Source of the DNA: Chitinophagales bacterium
GTDB taxonomy: Bacteria > Bacteroidota > Bacteroidia > Chitinophagales > UBA10324
DNA length: 64,000 bases
Reading direction: 5' to 3'
NCBI GenBank assembly: GCA_025057275.1
Contig: JANWXQ010000011.1
Location: 33,523 to 97,522 of the forward strand
The notes beneath the pieces were generated by a model. That model was not told the DNA's origin and did no database searches. It saw only the letters and a program-made list of their open reading frames with translations. Positions 8,094 to 18,268 of this stretch are shown here, piece by piece. Made by a program: the position numbers and the translations under genes. The number at the start of each line of letters is the position of its first letter. Position 1 is the stretch's first letter.

Positions 8094-9523
8094 CGATCGT
8101 CAATCCGGCTGACCTTGATGGTGTTGGTACGGCTGCGGGCATGCAAGGGCATGCTGGCCGTGTTGATGACCAGATCTTTGGGTTTGACAAATCCCATTTC
8201 CCGCAACAACGTGTTCACATCGTGAATGGTATCGTCAGTAGAGGTGAAGCGGTCGTAATAAAAAGCCCGAACACCCCACAACAGATTGAGCATGTTGAGC
8301 AACATCTGATTATCGGTAAAAATGAAGATAGGCGTACGCGGACGGAAGCTGGATAGCTGGAAAGCGGTGTAGCCGGAATGGGTGGTGCTCACGATGGCTT
8401 TGGCCTTCAGCACATCGGCGATGAGGCAGGCCTGGCGACACACTTCATCGCTGATGTAGGTGGGCGATGAAGGATTGGTGGTTTTCTTTTTTCCGTAAAC
8501 AGTATCCACCGTTTCAGCCACTTCAACGATTTTGCGCATGATGCGAACGGCCTCAACGGGAAAGGCGCCGGATGATGTTTCTGCGCTGAGCATGACGGCA
8601 TCGGCTCCGTCCAGTACGGCATTGGTAACATCGTTGGCCTCGGCACGCGTGGGTGAAGGTTGGGTGATCATGCTTTCCATCATCTGCGTGGCAATGATGA
8701 CGGGCTTGGCATGCTGAATGCACTGCTGCACAATGGTTTTTTGCAGAACAGGAACAACTGCCAGGTCCATTTCCACACCCAGATCGCCGCGGGCTACCAT
8801 GATGCCATCGGCGGCATGAATGATTTCGGAAATGTTTTTAATGGCTTCCGGCTTTTCGATTTTGGCAATGACCCGTGAACGACTTCGATGGGTTTGCAGA
8901 TGCCTTTTTAGCTGCAGTACATCGTAGGCGTTTCGGACAAACGAAAGGGCAATCCATTCCAGCCGGTTGGCAACGGCAAACAACAAATCCTGTTTGTCTT
9001 TTTCGGACAATGCCGGTACGGATAATTTGCTCTCAGGAAAATTGATCCCCTTGCGGGAAGTGAGCGGGCCGCCGTGAATGATCAGCGCTTCCAGACGATG
9101 CCCGCTGCGGCTCAGCACCTGAAGTTGCAGACGACCGTCGTCCAACAGCACACGTTCACCGGGCCGCACTTCTTCGGTAAGTCGCGGATAGCTGATGAAC
9201 AGTTCCTCAGCCGAACTGATGCCGTCGCCCTCATTGATAAATATCCTTTCTCCGGGCTTGAGCAGAATTTGTCCGTTTCGCACCTGACCGATGCGCAGCT
9301 TCGGACCCTGCAGGTCGCCCAAAAGGCAGACGTGGGTATTCAGTTTGGCATTGGTAGCCCGAACCAGGTCAATGGTCTGCTGATGTTCGGCATGGCTGCT
9401 GTGGGAGAAGTTGATGCGGGCAACATCCAGTCCGGCACGAATCATTTCGGCAATGACCAATTCGGATCGGGATGCAGGCCCTATGGTAGCAATGATTTTG
9501 GTTCGGTTAGCGGGAATGGCCAT
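8090..9523 (-). CDS. pyk: pyruvate kinase
   Basis: Motifs TKIIATIGPAS, ARINFSHS and MVARGDLGVE. Start set to ATG 9523 (M29 of the ORF), which is preceded by a -7 box. Confidence 0.9.
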   Translation of the reverse strand: MAIPANRTKIIATIGPASRSELVIAEMIRAGLDVARINFSHSSHAEHQQTIDLVRATNAKLNTHVCLLGDLQGPKLRIGQVRNGQILLKPGERIFINEGDGISSAEELFISYPRLTEEVRPGERVLLDDGRLQLQVLSRSGHRLEALIIHGGPLTSRKGINFPESKLSVPALSEKDKQDLLFAVANRLEWIALSFVRNAYDVLQLKRHLQTHRSRSRVIAKIEKPEAIKNISEIIHAADGIMVARGDLGVEMDLAVVPVLQKTIVQQCIQHAKPVIIATQMMESMITQPSPTRAEANDVTNAVLDGADAVMLSAETSSGAFPVEAVRIMRKIVEVAETVDTVYGKKKTTNPSSPTYISDEVCRQACLIADVLKAKAIVSTTHSGYTAFQLSSFRPRTPIFIFTDNQMLLNMLNLLWGVRAFYYDRFTSTDDTIHDVNTLLREMGFVKPKDLVINTASMPLHARSRTNTIKVSRIDDR

Positions 9524-9531
9524 AGGTGCGG

Positions 9532-9539
9532 CAAAAATA
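9532..9539 (-). promoter_or_regulatory. -7 promoter box (TATTTTTG on the minus strand) for pyk
   Basis: Exact TAnnTTTG match, with 8 nt between the terminal G and the pyk ATG. Confidence 0.4.
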
Positions 9540-9548
9540 GAAACCTGC

Positions 9549-11408
9549 TCAGCGATGCTGATGCAGTCGCAAACGTGCAGCAGCAGCGCCCTGTGCTGCC
9601 AGCGCATGATCGGGCTGAAGCTGCAGACAACGATCGAAACTGCTCACGGCATCGGCGATGCGGCCGGATTCGTACTGGGCCCCACCCAGATGATACCAGG
9701 CTTCGGCATTCGCACTATCCACCTGTACGGCCCGGGTGAGCCATACGACAGCTGAGTCGTAATGCCTGCGCACTCCGGCGGCAAGCCCCTTTTGGTAGTA
9801 TGTATTAAACAAATAGCCAAAATATTTTTTTACGGTTTGGTTTTCCGGTTGCAATTCCCTAACACGCCGCCAGTAGCGTTCAGCCTGTTCCAGGCTGTCC
9901 AGGCGGCTGTAGGCTACTCCCAGGTTCAACAAGGCGGGTAAATACGAATCCTGAATGGCCAGTGCCGTTTGCAAATAATGCACTGCCTGCAGATAATGTC
10001 TGGACTTTTCTTCATCGCCGGCAGCGTCACCAACGGAAATGCTGGCAATACCGGCATAGGTGTTGGCGCGACCACTTTTGACCGATAGGCGGACGTCATG
10101 AAGCAACAAGGTGTTGTTGTCTTTCCATACTGCATTGCGGCGCACTGTGGCCCATGAGGCGGCGAACAGCAGCAATGCCAGCGCTGCCCATCCGGTCGTG
10201 TGAACGATTGGTTTTGATGGAAAAAATTTTACAGGGATTATAGAAAATGCCAAAACAACAGCCGCTGCAAATGGCAACGAAGCCTGAAACAGAAAGCGCT
10301 CCGCCATCGGTGCGCCCACGTTGAAAAACAAATTGGAAACCAGCACAAGGGTGAGCAGATAAAAAGCTATGCACCACGACAGCACAGGCTGGTTGTTACG
10401 CATGCGCACAGCAACAAAAACCAGCAAAGCATGCAGCAGTACTGACCCCCAAACCACCGGCTGATCGAATGAAGCATAAGGAATTTGCTGATAGGAATAG
10501 TCGTAAGTCAATGGATGCGGAAATACCAGCAGGCGCAGATAGTTCAGAAAAACAACAGCTATCGTAGCCAGTTTTTGTTCCGTATTTGCCAACAGATAGG
10601 GGTTATCCATGACCTCCGTAACAGGCGGAGTATTCCATGGGGTGGCGTTGAGCCGCAAGACCAGATAAAGGCCGGCCGCAAACCAGTGAGCGGCAGCATA
10701 TCCTGCCGTTTTACGAAGAGGCAGCTTCATCACCCCCATCAGCCACAGGGGGCTAAGCACAAGAAAAATGATTCCGTTTTCTTTAGACAGCAGAGCCAGA
10801 AAAAACCAAACCGATGAAAGGACGGGCAGTTGGCCGGATAGTGCTTCCTTATTGAGCCGCATATGGGCGGCCAGCAGAAAAAACAGCGAAAGCAGTTCAT
10901 CACGGCTTTTGATGTTGGCCACCACTTCCGTATGCACGGGATGCACGGCAAACAGCATGGCTGCAGTAAGGGCCAGGGCAGGATGTGCCGGAAACAGCAT
11001 GCGGCGTAACCACAGCAAGGCCAACAGGCATACGGCACCATACCACAGCACCTGGAACAGGTGATGCACAAAGGCATTGAGGCCAAACAACTCAACCTCC
11101 AGAGCAAAAATCATGAGGGAGAGGGGGCGGTAGCGGCCACCGGAGAGCAATTCGCTGGTTCCTATGGATCCATGGAAACTGTCGCGCCCGATCAGATCGG
11201 GAATACCGTCAAGGCCACGCTGAACGTATTTATTTTTTGATAAAACAATTCCGTCGTCCAGCACAAAGCCGTGATGCAGCGTGTTGACATACAAGGCCAG
11301 TGCGGTGGCAACCACCAGAAAAGAAGAGGGATAGGGTCGAATGAACACTTGTGCCGAACGGCTGAGCCATGCAAAGGGGCTGGAAACATTGCTTCGAGAG
11401 GGGGTCAT
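9549..11408 (-). CDS. polytopic membrane protein with C-terminal TPR repeats (TMTC/PMT_2/DUF1736-like glycosyltransferase-fold candidate)
   Basis: 619 aa. About 430 aa of repeated hydrophobic helices are followed by TPR-like repeats (AYSRLDSLEQAERYWRRV.., AWYHLGGAQYESGRIADAVSSFDRCL). Confidence 0.65.
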   Translation of the reverse strand: MTPSRSNVSSPFAWLSRSAQVFIRPYPSSFLVVATALALYVNTLHHGFVLDDGIVLSKNKYVQRGLDGIPDLIGRDSFHGSIGTSELLSGGRYRPLSLMIFALEVELFGLNAFVHHLFQVLWYGAVCLLALLWLRRMLFPAHPALALTAAMLFAVHPVHTEVVANIKSRDELLSLFFLLAAHMRLNKEALSGQLPVLSSVWFFLALLSKENGIIFLVLSPLWLMGVMKLPLRKTAGYAAAHWFAAGLYLVLRLNATPWNTPPVTEVMDNPYLLANTEQKLATIAVVFLNYLRLLVFPHPLTYDYSYQQIPYASFDQPVVWGSVLLHALLVFVAVRMRNNQPVLSWCIAFYLLTLVLVSNLFFNVGAPMAERFLFQASLPFAAAVVLAFSIIPVKFFPSKPIVHTTGWAALALLLFAASWATVRRNAVWKDNNTLLLHDVRLSVKSGRANTYAGIASISVGDAAGDEEKSRHYLQAVHYLQTALAIQDSYLPALLNLGVAYSRLDSLEQAERYWRRVRELQPENQTVKKYFGYLFNTYYQKGLAAGVRRHYDSAVVWLTRAVQVDSANAEAWYHLGGAQYESGRIADAVSSFDRCLQLQPDHALAAQGAAAARLRLHQHR

Positions 11409-11474
11409 TTCCGGTTCAGGCCGTATCCTTGAAAGTTACCAACAGCCGGGCGACCGGCAAGGGCAGCAAGCCGT

Positions 11475-12389
11475 CTAACGATTGTGGCTTTGGTAAAAGG
11501 GATGATAGCGCAGCAACGTTTCGCGCAGATAATCGCGGCTCAGGTGGGTGTAAATTTCGGTAGTGGTGATGCTGACGTGGCCAAGCATTTGCTGCACGGC
11601 TCGCAGATCCGCGCCGCCTTCCACCAGGTGGGTGGCAAACGAATGACGCAACGTATGCGGACTGATGTTTTTGCGAATACCGGCGCGGGCGGCCAGTTCC
11701 CTGATGATTTTGAACACGTACATCCGGGATAATGCCCGGCCACGCCTGTTGAGAAATACATGATCTTCAAATCCCTTAGCAGCCTTCATGCCGCTTCGCA
11801 CGTGCTGCAGGTATTGGGTCAGGTGGCGAACAGCAGACTGACCGATAGGCACCAGGCGCTCCTTGTTTCCTTTTCCTACGATGCGCAGGTACTCCACATC
11901 CAGAAACAGATGGCGGTATTGCAGTTGCGTCAGTTCGCTGACGCGCAGACCGCAGCCGTAAAGCACTTCCACTATGGCACGGTTGCGTAATCCCTCCTGT
12001 CGGCTGTGATCGATGCATTCCAGCATGCGGTTGATGTCGTCCAGATGCAACACATCGGGCAGCTTTCGGCGAAGCCTGGGGCCTTCCAGCAGCTCGGAAG
12101 GGTCGTTTTCAATAAGCTGTTCGTTAAGCAGATAGCGAAAAAAGCTCCGGATGCCGGAACGCACACGCGCCTGTGAGGTAGCGCTGAGCCCCATTCGGTT
12201 CAATTCGGCAAGGAAAGATTGCAGGTCTTCAGTCGTTATCCGGGTCGGGGGTTTGCCGTTCTGGTGTTCCTGAACGAACCGGTGCAGGAGGCGAACGTCA
12301 TGTTCGTAACCGTCGCGCGTGTGTTCGGATACAGACCGCTCCAGCATCAGGTAGTGCAAAAAACCGTTCAGCGTGCTGTTCCAGTCCAT
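11475..12389 (-). CDS. xerD: site-specific tyrosine recombinase XerD (housekeeping)
   Basis: Start set to ATG 12389 (M41). Catalytic C-terminus HTLRHSFATHLVEGGADLRAVQQMLGHVSITTTEIYTH. Divergent from aroQ. Confidence 0.85.
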   Translation of the reverse strand: MDWNSTLNGFLHYLMLERSVSEHTRDGYEHDVRLLHRFVQEHQNGKPPTRITTEDLQSFLAELNRMGLSATSQARVRSGIRSFFRYLLNEQLIENDPSELLEGPRLRRKLPDVLHLDDINRMLECIDHSRQEGLRNRAIVEVLYGCGLRVSELTQLQYRHLFLDVEYLRIVGKGNKERLVPIGQSAVRHLTQYLQHVRSGMKAAKGFEDHVFLNRRGRALSRMYVFKIIRELAARAGIRKNISPHTLRHSFATHLVEGGADLRAVQQMLGHVSITTTEIYTHLSRDYLRETLLRYHPFYQSHNR

Positions 12390-12480
12390 GAGGTAAAATT
12401 GCTTCCACCTGTGGGACACCGGAAGAAATCCGGCAGTGGTTTTTTTAACTTGCAACGTTGCAATGTCCTTTTTCTGATCG

Positions 12481-12921
12481 GTGAAAATTCTGATCATTAA
12501 CGGCCCCAATCTGAACCTGCTGGGTCAGCGGGAACCGGACGTATATGGTACCCAGCCGTTTGAGGCTTTTTTGGAAACGCTGCGGGCAGAGTTTGCCGGC
12601 CATGACCTGCTGTATTTTCAAAGTAATGAAGAAGGGGCATTGATCAACCGGCTGCAGCAGGCGCAACACGATGCCGACGGTGTGGTGCTGAATCCCGGCG
12701 GCTTCACGCACACGTCAGTGGCTCTGGCTGACGCAGTGGCAGCCATACAGGTTCCGGTGATGGAAGTACACATCAGCAACCCATGGGCCAGGGAACCCTA
12801 CCGAAGGCATTCGCTGCTGGAAGGGCGTTGTGCAGGCACTCTGGCAGGGCTTGGTCTGGAGGGTTACCGCTTGGCCATTGAGCTGCTTACCGAGTCCGGC
12901 GGCAAGCAGGTAACAAGCTGA
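12481..12921 (+). CDS. aroQ: type II 3-dehydroquinate dehydratase
   Basis: Motifs KILIINGPNLNLLGQREPDVYG, NPGGFTHTSVAL and HISN. GTG start. Confidence 0.9.
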   Translation: MKILIINGPNLNLLGQREPDVYGTQPFEAFLETLRAEFAGHDLLYFQSNEEGALINRLQQAQHDADGVVLNPGGFTHTSVALADAVAAIQVPVMEVHISNPWAREPYRRHSLLEGRCAGTLAGLGLEGYRLAIELLTESGGKQVTS

Positions 12922-13921
12922 ATACTTTCTTTTGCCGGATAAAAAAAGACCAGACCAGCGATCCCGCATAAACGCCGGAGAGCGTGAACAGATTTTTTCT
13001 CGGGCGCGGCGCATGCAATGTGGGCAGACGACGCAGAAAATGCCAATGCGCCTTGACGATAGCAGGCAAATCACGGGGGTAGCCGCGCACAACGGAACGT
13101 ATAGCGGAAATGCCGTCCAGCAGCATACGCGCAGGTACGATCCATAGCGATTGATGCAACGGCAGGTTTTTGGCCAGCATCAATAAGTTATTACGATAGT
13201 TCAGATAGGTCTTGAACGAATGTCCCTGCGGCAAGGCGCTGCCGCCAACATGAAAGACCACCGAATCCGGGCAGTACCAGATGGTATAACCGCGGTTCTG
13301 CATTCTCCAGCACAGATCAATTTCTTCCATATGAGCAAAGAAGTACGGATCCAGTCCGCCTAAAAGGTGATACAGGTCACGCCGCAGGGCCATGCAGGCG
13401 CCGGAGGCCCAGAAAATTTTTTCCGGAGTGGCATACTGGTTTTCGTCTTTTTCTATGGCATCAAACAGGCGGCCTCGGCAAAAGGTATAGCCGAAGCAGT
13501 CCATCCAGCCACCGGCAGCGCCGGCATATTCAAATCGTTCTTTGTCAGCCCACGAACGGATGCGGGGTTGAACGGCGCCCACTCGGGGATCATCCTGAAG
13601 CATTCGCAGCAGCGGTTCCAGCCAACGGGGGGTTACTTCCACATCCTGATTAAGCAACACAACAAATTCCTGCGGCAACTGCCCGATCACTTGCTGATAG
13701 CCGCCGGCAAAGCCGAGGTTTTTTTCCAGCTCCACAACCGTCAGGTTAGGGAAACGGTTGCGCACCCATTCCGGAGTGCCGTCGCCGCTGGCATTATCGG
13801 CTACAACGATGTCGGCAAACGACGGCGTATGCTGAACCACAGAAGGCAGAAACTGTTCCAGAAAGGTTCTTCCCTTCCAACACAAAATCACTACAGCCAC
13901 CGAAGGAGGCCTCTGCGTCAT
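12887..13921 (-). CDS. family 2 glycosyltransferase
   Basis: Motifs VAVVILCWKG, VVADNASGDGT and LLNQDVEV (DxD-like). The 3' end overlaps the aroQ 3' end by 35 nt (convergent). Confidence 0.8.
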   Translation of the reverse strand: MTQRPPSVAVVILCWKGRTFLEQFLPSVVQHTPSFADIVVADNASGDGTPEWVRNRFPNLTVVELEKNLGFAGGYQQVIGQLPQEFVVLLNQDVEVTPRWLEPLLRMLQDDPRVGAVQPRIRSWADKERFEYAGAAGGWMDCFGYTFCRGRLFDAIEKDENQYATPEKIFWASGACMALRRDLYHLLGGLDPYFFAHMEEIDLCWRMQNRGYTIWYCPDSVVFHVGGSALPQGHSFKTYLNYRNNLLMLAKNLPLHQSLWIVPARMLLDGISAIRSVVRGYPRDLPAIVKAHWHFLRRLPTLHAPRPRKNLFTLSGVYAGSLVWSFFIRQKKVFSLLPACRRTR

Positions 13922-13931
13922 GAGCGGTGGC

Positions 13932-13939
13932 CAAAGATA
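13932..13939 (-). promoter_or_regulatory. -7 promoter box (TATCTTTG on the minus strand) for the GT2 gene
   Basis: Exact TAnnTTTG match, 10 nt from the terminal G to the ATG at 13921. Confidence 0.4.
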
Positions 13940-13964
13940 GGAGGCCGGGTGGCGCTAACTGTGT

Positions 13965-15428
13965 TCAGCGCTCAAACAGCTTGTCCACCTGGCTGCCGAA
14001 GGTCTGGCGAAAGCGCGTTTCATCCAGGTTGTAGAAATCGCTGCTTTCGCGGAAGGCGCGGTAGATGCGGAACCGCCAGCGGGGGTCATAAATTTCACCG
14101 CGGGCATCGCTGTGGACGAGGGAATAATTGTTGGTGGCTAATTCCAGGTTACAGAATACAAAACGGACGTTGCGTTGGTTGTTGCCTAATTTGTAATAAT
14201 GCCAGATTTCGTAGGGGTAAGCACCTGCTTCAAACGGATGGCCTTCAATGGAATTGGGAGGACCGTACTGCAAATACACCCGCCCCCGGTCAGTTTCAAA
14301 TCCGGCCTGCACCGGCGTGCTGTAGTAGTAATTGACCAGCTTCACTTCGTTGAGGTAGTTGTTCCATGCGACTTCCGGCTGGTTGCTGCGGCGGTGCCAG
14401 AAGGCATAAAACAGTTGGCGTTGTGCTTGCAAATCGGCGGACTTGAGCAGCGGCATGATGTGGTTGCGTTCGTTCAGGTCGGCAATCGGGAGCAGACACT
14501 TTAAAAAATATGTCATGGAATCTGCCGGAAGCGCTTCGGCAAAGGTTCCGCCGATATCGGCATGGCGGTAATCGCCGAGTTCGCCTGGTAATGAACTATG
14601 GAAGCGCTGAAAGAACAGCGACTGTTCAGCAAGCAGTTCATTGCCTTTGTTGCGTGCCTCAAGATGCAGGTAGTAGCTTCCGGTAGGGAGCCGGGAAATA
14701 TCAAATTCCGAAAACAACACATTAACAGGTTCGGAACGTTGCCTGCTGAATCGGTGCAAATCCTGAACCACCTGGTGGCTTAACGCACTGCGTACGGAGT
14801 AAAACAACACGATGTCGCTTTGTGGTGCTGACTTTTCGGTATTGTATACTTCGGCATAGAAGCTGAGTTGGTTCTGCCCGGGACCCAGATAGGGAACTGC
14901 CAGGGGTTTGATGTCGTACCCGTATTTGCTGAACGGATTGATTTGCCGGGTGGGCTCGTGGTGCTGCACCAGCGTGATTCCGGAAAAGGCAGGTTGCTGC
15001 CTGCTGAAGCGGGCATCAATGCCCTGCGTGAGCAGAACCGACTCGGAAGGGCGATTGGCATCGCTGACATAGAGCCTGACGACGTATTCTCCAACGGGCA
15101 AAAAGATGCGTCGCAAATCCAGAATGGTAAAAAAAAGGTCGCTCGTATCGCGCAGAGGGGGCGTGTTGAGCCGGTAACTTTCGGTAGCCACCACCTGCGT
15201 ATCGCGTTCGTATTGCAGGTAGACATTCATGGCAGCCTGCCAGTGGCTTTCTGTATTGCGCACATAGCGTAAGGCAAAGCCCGGTGCAGCCAATGTGGTT
15301 TCAATATAGATGGAATCGGCATCCGGCCTATAGAAAGCATTGTTGTTCATGTACAACCGCAACGACTGACTCCCGGCGCATACAGGCAACAGCAACGTGG
15401 CAATCAACAAGCGGTTGTGCCGTTTCAT
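13965..15428 (-). CDS. GWxTD domain-containing secreted protein
   Basis: N-terminal signal MKRHNRLLIATLLLPVCAG. The C-terminal region GFETDRGRVYLQYGPPNSIE...YEIWHY matches the GWxTD-domain pattern. Confidence 0.7.
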   Translation of the reverse strand: MKRHNRLLIATLLLPVCAGSQSLRLYMNNNAFYRPDADSIYIETTLAAPGFALRYVRNTESHWQAAMNVYLQYERDTQVVATESYRLNTPPLRDTSDLFFTILDLRRIFLPVGEYVVRLYVSDANRPSESVLLTQGIDARFSRQQPAFSGITLVQHHEPTRQINPFSKYGYDIKPLAVPYLGPGQNQLSFYAEVYNTEKSAPQSDIVLFYSVRSALSHQVVQDLHRFSRQRSEPVNVLFSEFDISRLPTGSYYLHLEARNKGNELLAEQSLFFQRFHSSLPGELGDYRHADIGGTFAEALPADSMTYFLKCLLPIADLNERNHIMPLLKSADLQAQRQLFYAFWHRRSNQPEVAWNNYLNEVKLVNYYYSTPVQAGFETDRGRVYLQYGPPNSIEGHPFEAGAYPYEIWHYYKLGNNQRNVRFVFCNLELATNNYSLVHSDARGEIYDPRWRFRIYRAFRESSDFYNLDETRFRQTFGSQVDKLFER

Positions 15429-15493
15429 ATATCTGTTTAAAATTACAAAAAAATGAACCAGCCATTAAGTAGCCTTTTCAGCAACGTTGTAGC

Positions 15494-16069
15494 ATGAACC
15501 GGCATCATATTCCCTCGCATTGTCTGGCGCCGGTTTCTGAATGGATGACCTGGGCGCAAGCCGGGGAAGTGGTGGTTTGTGAAGGAGAGCGGTTTGAAAA
15601 ATCGGGCTACAGCAACCGTTATCGAATTGCGACCGCCAACGGGCCCTTGCTGCTTACTATTCCCATTGTCGGGGGGCGGGGCACCAAACTTCCTATGCAT
15701 CAGGTGAGCATCTGTTACCAACACGACTGGAGGCGGCAGCATACGGCCAGCTGGAAGGCGGCTTACGGTCGCAGCGCATTTTTTCTGCACTTCGGTGATC
15801 TGCTCCTTTCGGTACTGTGCAGTGGGGAAAAAAGTCTCTCGGTGCTAAACCGTGCCTTGCTGTTGCAATGCGCCGGACTCCTGGGGCTGGAGCTTTCGTT
15901 TACGTTTTCTTTACAGCCACTGCCCTTAGAATCGAAGGCGATGAGGGCTGATCCGCGCCCGTATCGTCAGGTTTTTGCGGACCGGTATGGGTTTCTGCCC
16001 GGAATGAGTATTATTGATTTGTTGTTCAACGAAGGGCCAGAGGGCGCCTGGCTGCTCCGTCAGGGGTAG
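15494..16069 (+). CDS. WbqC family protein
   Basis: 191 aa. ERFEKSGYSNRYRIATANGPLLLTIPIVGGRG is typical of the WbqC-like family. Confidence 0.65.
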   Translation: MNRHHIPSHCLAPVSEWMTWAQAGEVVVCEGERFEKSGYSNRYRIATANGPLLLTIPIVGGRGTKLPMHQVSICYQHDWRRQHTASWKAAYGRSAFFLHFGDLLLSVLCSGEKSLSVLNRALLLQCAGLLGLELSFTFSLQPLPLESKAMRADPRPYRQVFADRYGFLPGMSIIDLLFNEGPEGAWLLRQG

Positions 16070-16099
16070 CAGCCGAATGGCTACTTTCGCTCTGAGTAG

Positions 16100-18175
16100 T
16101 TGCGAATGAACCGACCGGTAGTGATGCGTTATTTGGTACTGCTGTGCCTGGTGCAAATGGTTGAACATGCTGCCGCACAGCAATCGTTCGACCGACAGAC
16201 CATCAACATCGGCAATCTGGGGTTTTCCGTAACCAATGTCGGCACCATAGGGCGTCCGGATCGGGTAAATGACCCGGGAGGGCCTCCGTCCATGGAATAT
16301 CCGATAAACAGCGGCATAGAGCATTTGTTTGAAGGAGGTCTTTGGATCGGTGCGCTGGTTGACGGTCAGACGGCCGTATCTACAGCAGCAGTGGATGCCC
16401 CAACAGGCTACAGGGCAGGATCAGCCGGCTTTGAGTTTAGTTCCGAGGTGGGAAAGTTCATCCGCCAACGCAGCACGCTGCCTTACAGCGATTTTTTTTC
16501 CCTGGATGCCGTTTCACACCAGGATATGGTGATGGAGTTTACCGATGCCTACACGATTATTCCCGGTACTTCCATCCCCATCAGCGAACATCTGTTGCCG
16601 TTGGGGGCAAGCGTACATCTGGAAGCCTATGCCTGGAACTACAGTTTCGCCGACTATTTTGTGGTTTTAAACTATACCATTACCAACGCATCAAACAAGC
16701 CCTGGGATTCGGTGTGGGTGGGCATGTGGACTGATTTAGTTGTTCGTAATGTGTTTGTGGCCACCGACAACGGAACAGCATTCTTTTCACATGGCGGCGG
16801 CGGCTATCTGGATTCGCTTACGGCCGTGTATGCCTGGGATGTCGATGGCGATCCGGGTTACACCAATTCGTATGGTGCCTCGCAGTTTCTGGGCATCCTG
16901 TGGCGCGATCAGTTTCTGCATCCGGTCAATGCGCAACAGGTGGTGGCATCTGGCTATCCGGCGCCGCAGGTTCATGCCAACTTCTGGAACTTCCGGAAAT
17001 TCGACGGCAGCCAGTTTGGCGCCCCAGCGGACGATGTGCAGCGCTATCAAAAACTCCGAAAGGGGCTGGACTTCACCGACCCGACCCTGGTAGCACAGTT
17101 GCAATCGCCTTCCAACCGCATTCAGTTGCTTAGTGCAGGGCCTATCGTGCAGGTGTTGCCGGGCGAATCGTTCATGTATGTAGCCGCAATGGTTTGTGCC
17201 CGTCAGCTCCAGGGAGGTGTGGATGATGCGCAAAGTCGCAGCGAATTACTGGAGCATCTGGGTTGGTCGCGGCGCACCTTCCTCGGAGAAGATGCCAACG
17301 AAAACGGATCGTTGGACGAAGGAGAGGACCTGATTGCCAATGGTAAGCTCGATCGTTTCATTTTGCCCGAGCCTCCGGCTTCACCCCGCGTGCGGGTTGT
17401 GGCCTCCGACCGATCAATCACCTTGTACTGGGATGCTGGCGCTGAAGCATCTGTAGATCCCATTTCCAAAAGGCTGGACTTTGAGGGCTACCGCATTTAC
17501 CGCAGCAACATCGGGGATGATATAAAAAATATTTCTTCGCTTCAACTGATTGCACAATGGGACAAACCCGGCAACAGTGTGGGATACAATAACGGTTTTG
17601 AAGTCATCCGACTGGATGAGCCGGTCTGGTTTGAAGGAGACACCACTGCCTACCGCTATCGTTTTGATCTGAACGGACTGCTGAACGGCTGGCAATATGT
17701 AGTTGTGGTAACGGCTTTTGATGAAGGCGACGCCAGGCTGGGGCTGTCTCCGCTGGAGTCCTCGTTTACGGTAAATACCTTTCGGGTATGGCCGGGGTCT
17801 TCTTCCGCTGAGAACGGGGGCATCGGGGTGTACCCCAATCCCTACCGTCAGTCGGCTGCCTGGGACGGACCTTCGGCGCAAAGCCGGAAGATCTGGTTCT
17901 ATAACCTTCCGCCACAATGTGAAATCACCATTTTTACTTTGAGCGGGGAAGTGGTGGCCGTCCTGCAACACGACAGCCAGTATCGGGGAGAAGACATTCG
18001 CTGGTTTGAACAATTCGGAGGCAATGTGCAGCAGCGCGTTTTCAGCGGAGGTGAGCATGCCTGGGATCTGCTGACTACCTCCCGCCAGGCAGTAACTCAG
18101 GGCGTATATTTGTTCAGTGTACGCGATCTGCAGACCGGCAAGGTGCATCAGGGTCAGTTTGTCATCCTTCGTTAG
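16100..18175 (+). CDS. secreted protein of unknown function with Fn3-like module and T9SS C-terminal sorting domain
   Basis: Signal peptide ending AAAQ. Acidic Ca-binding-like stretch EDANENGSLDEGEDLIANGKLD. Fn3-like SITLYWDAG..YRIYRS. CTD VYPNPY..ITIFTLSGEVVAVL..GVYLFSV..GQFVILR. Confidence 0.65.
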   Translation: MRMNRPVVMRYLVLLCLVQMVEHAAAQQSFDRQTINIGNLGFSVTNVGTIGRPDRVNDPGGPPSMEYPINSGIEHLFEGGLWIGALVDGQTAVSTAAVDAPTGYRAGSAGFEFSSEVGKFIRQRSTLPYSDFFSLDAVSHQDMVMEFTDAYTIIPGTSIPISEHLLPLGASVHLEAYAWNYSFADYFVVLNYTITNASNKPWDSVWVGMWTDLVVRNVFVATDNGTAFFSHGGGGYLDSLTAVYAWDVDGDPGYTNSYGASQFLGILWRDQFLHPVNAQQVVASGYPAPQVHANFWNFRKFDGSQFGAPADDVQRYQKLRKGLDFTDPTLVAQLQSPSNRIQLLSAGPIVQVLPGESFMYVAAMVCARQLQGGVDDAQSRSELLEHLGWSRRTFLGEDANENGSLDEGEDLIANGKLDRFILPEPPASPRVRVVASDRSITLYWDAGAEASVDPISKRLDFEGYRIYRSNIGDDIKNISSLQLIAQWDKPGNSVGYNNGFEVIRLDEPVWFEGDTTAYRYRFDLNGLLNGWQYVVVVTAFDEGDARLGLSPLESSFTVNTFRVWPGSSSAENGGIGVYPNPYRQSAAWDGPSAQSRKIWFYNLPPQCEITIFTLSGEVVAVLQHDSQYRGEDIRWFEQFGGNVQQRVFSGGEHAWDLLTTSRQAVTQGVYLFSVRDLQTGKVHQGQFVILR

Positions 18176-18223
18176 ATAATGATTTTTTAATATGATTCCG
18201 TTTTTGAGCTTTGGGCCGTCCGG

Positions 18224-18231
18224 TAGCTTTG
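18224..18231 (+). promoter_or_regulatory. -7 promoter box (TAGCTTTG), with a possible -33 TTTG at 18203-18206
   Basis: Exact TAnnTTTG match 37 nt upstream of ATG 18269. A TTTG lies 17 nt upstream of the box. Confidence 0.4.
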
Positions 18232-18268
18232 CCCGGCTTTTACCCATCAAAAAACTCTGATTTTCGTT

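Noticed and set aside
11475-12509. A tyrosine recombinase that could mark an integrative mobile element.
   Set aside because: The sequence and length fit chromosomal XerD. It sits divergently from aroQ among core genes. I saw no flanking direct repeats, no tRNA attachment site and no cargo genes. The N-terminal 40 codons of the ORF are an upstream extension.
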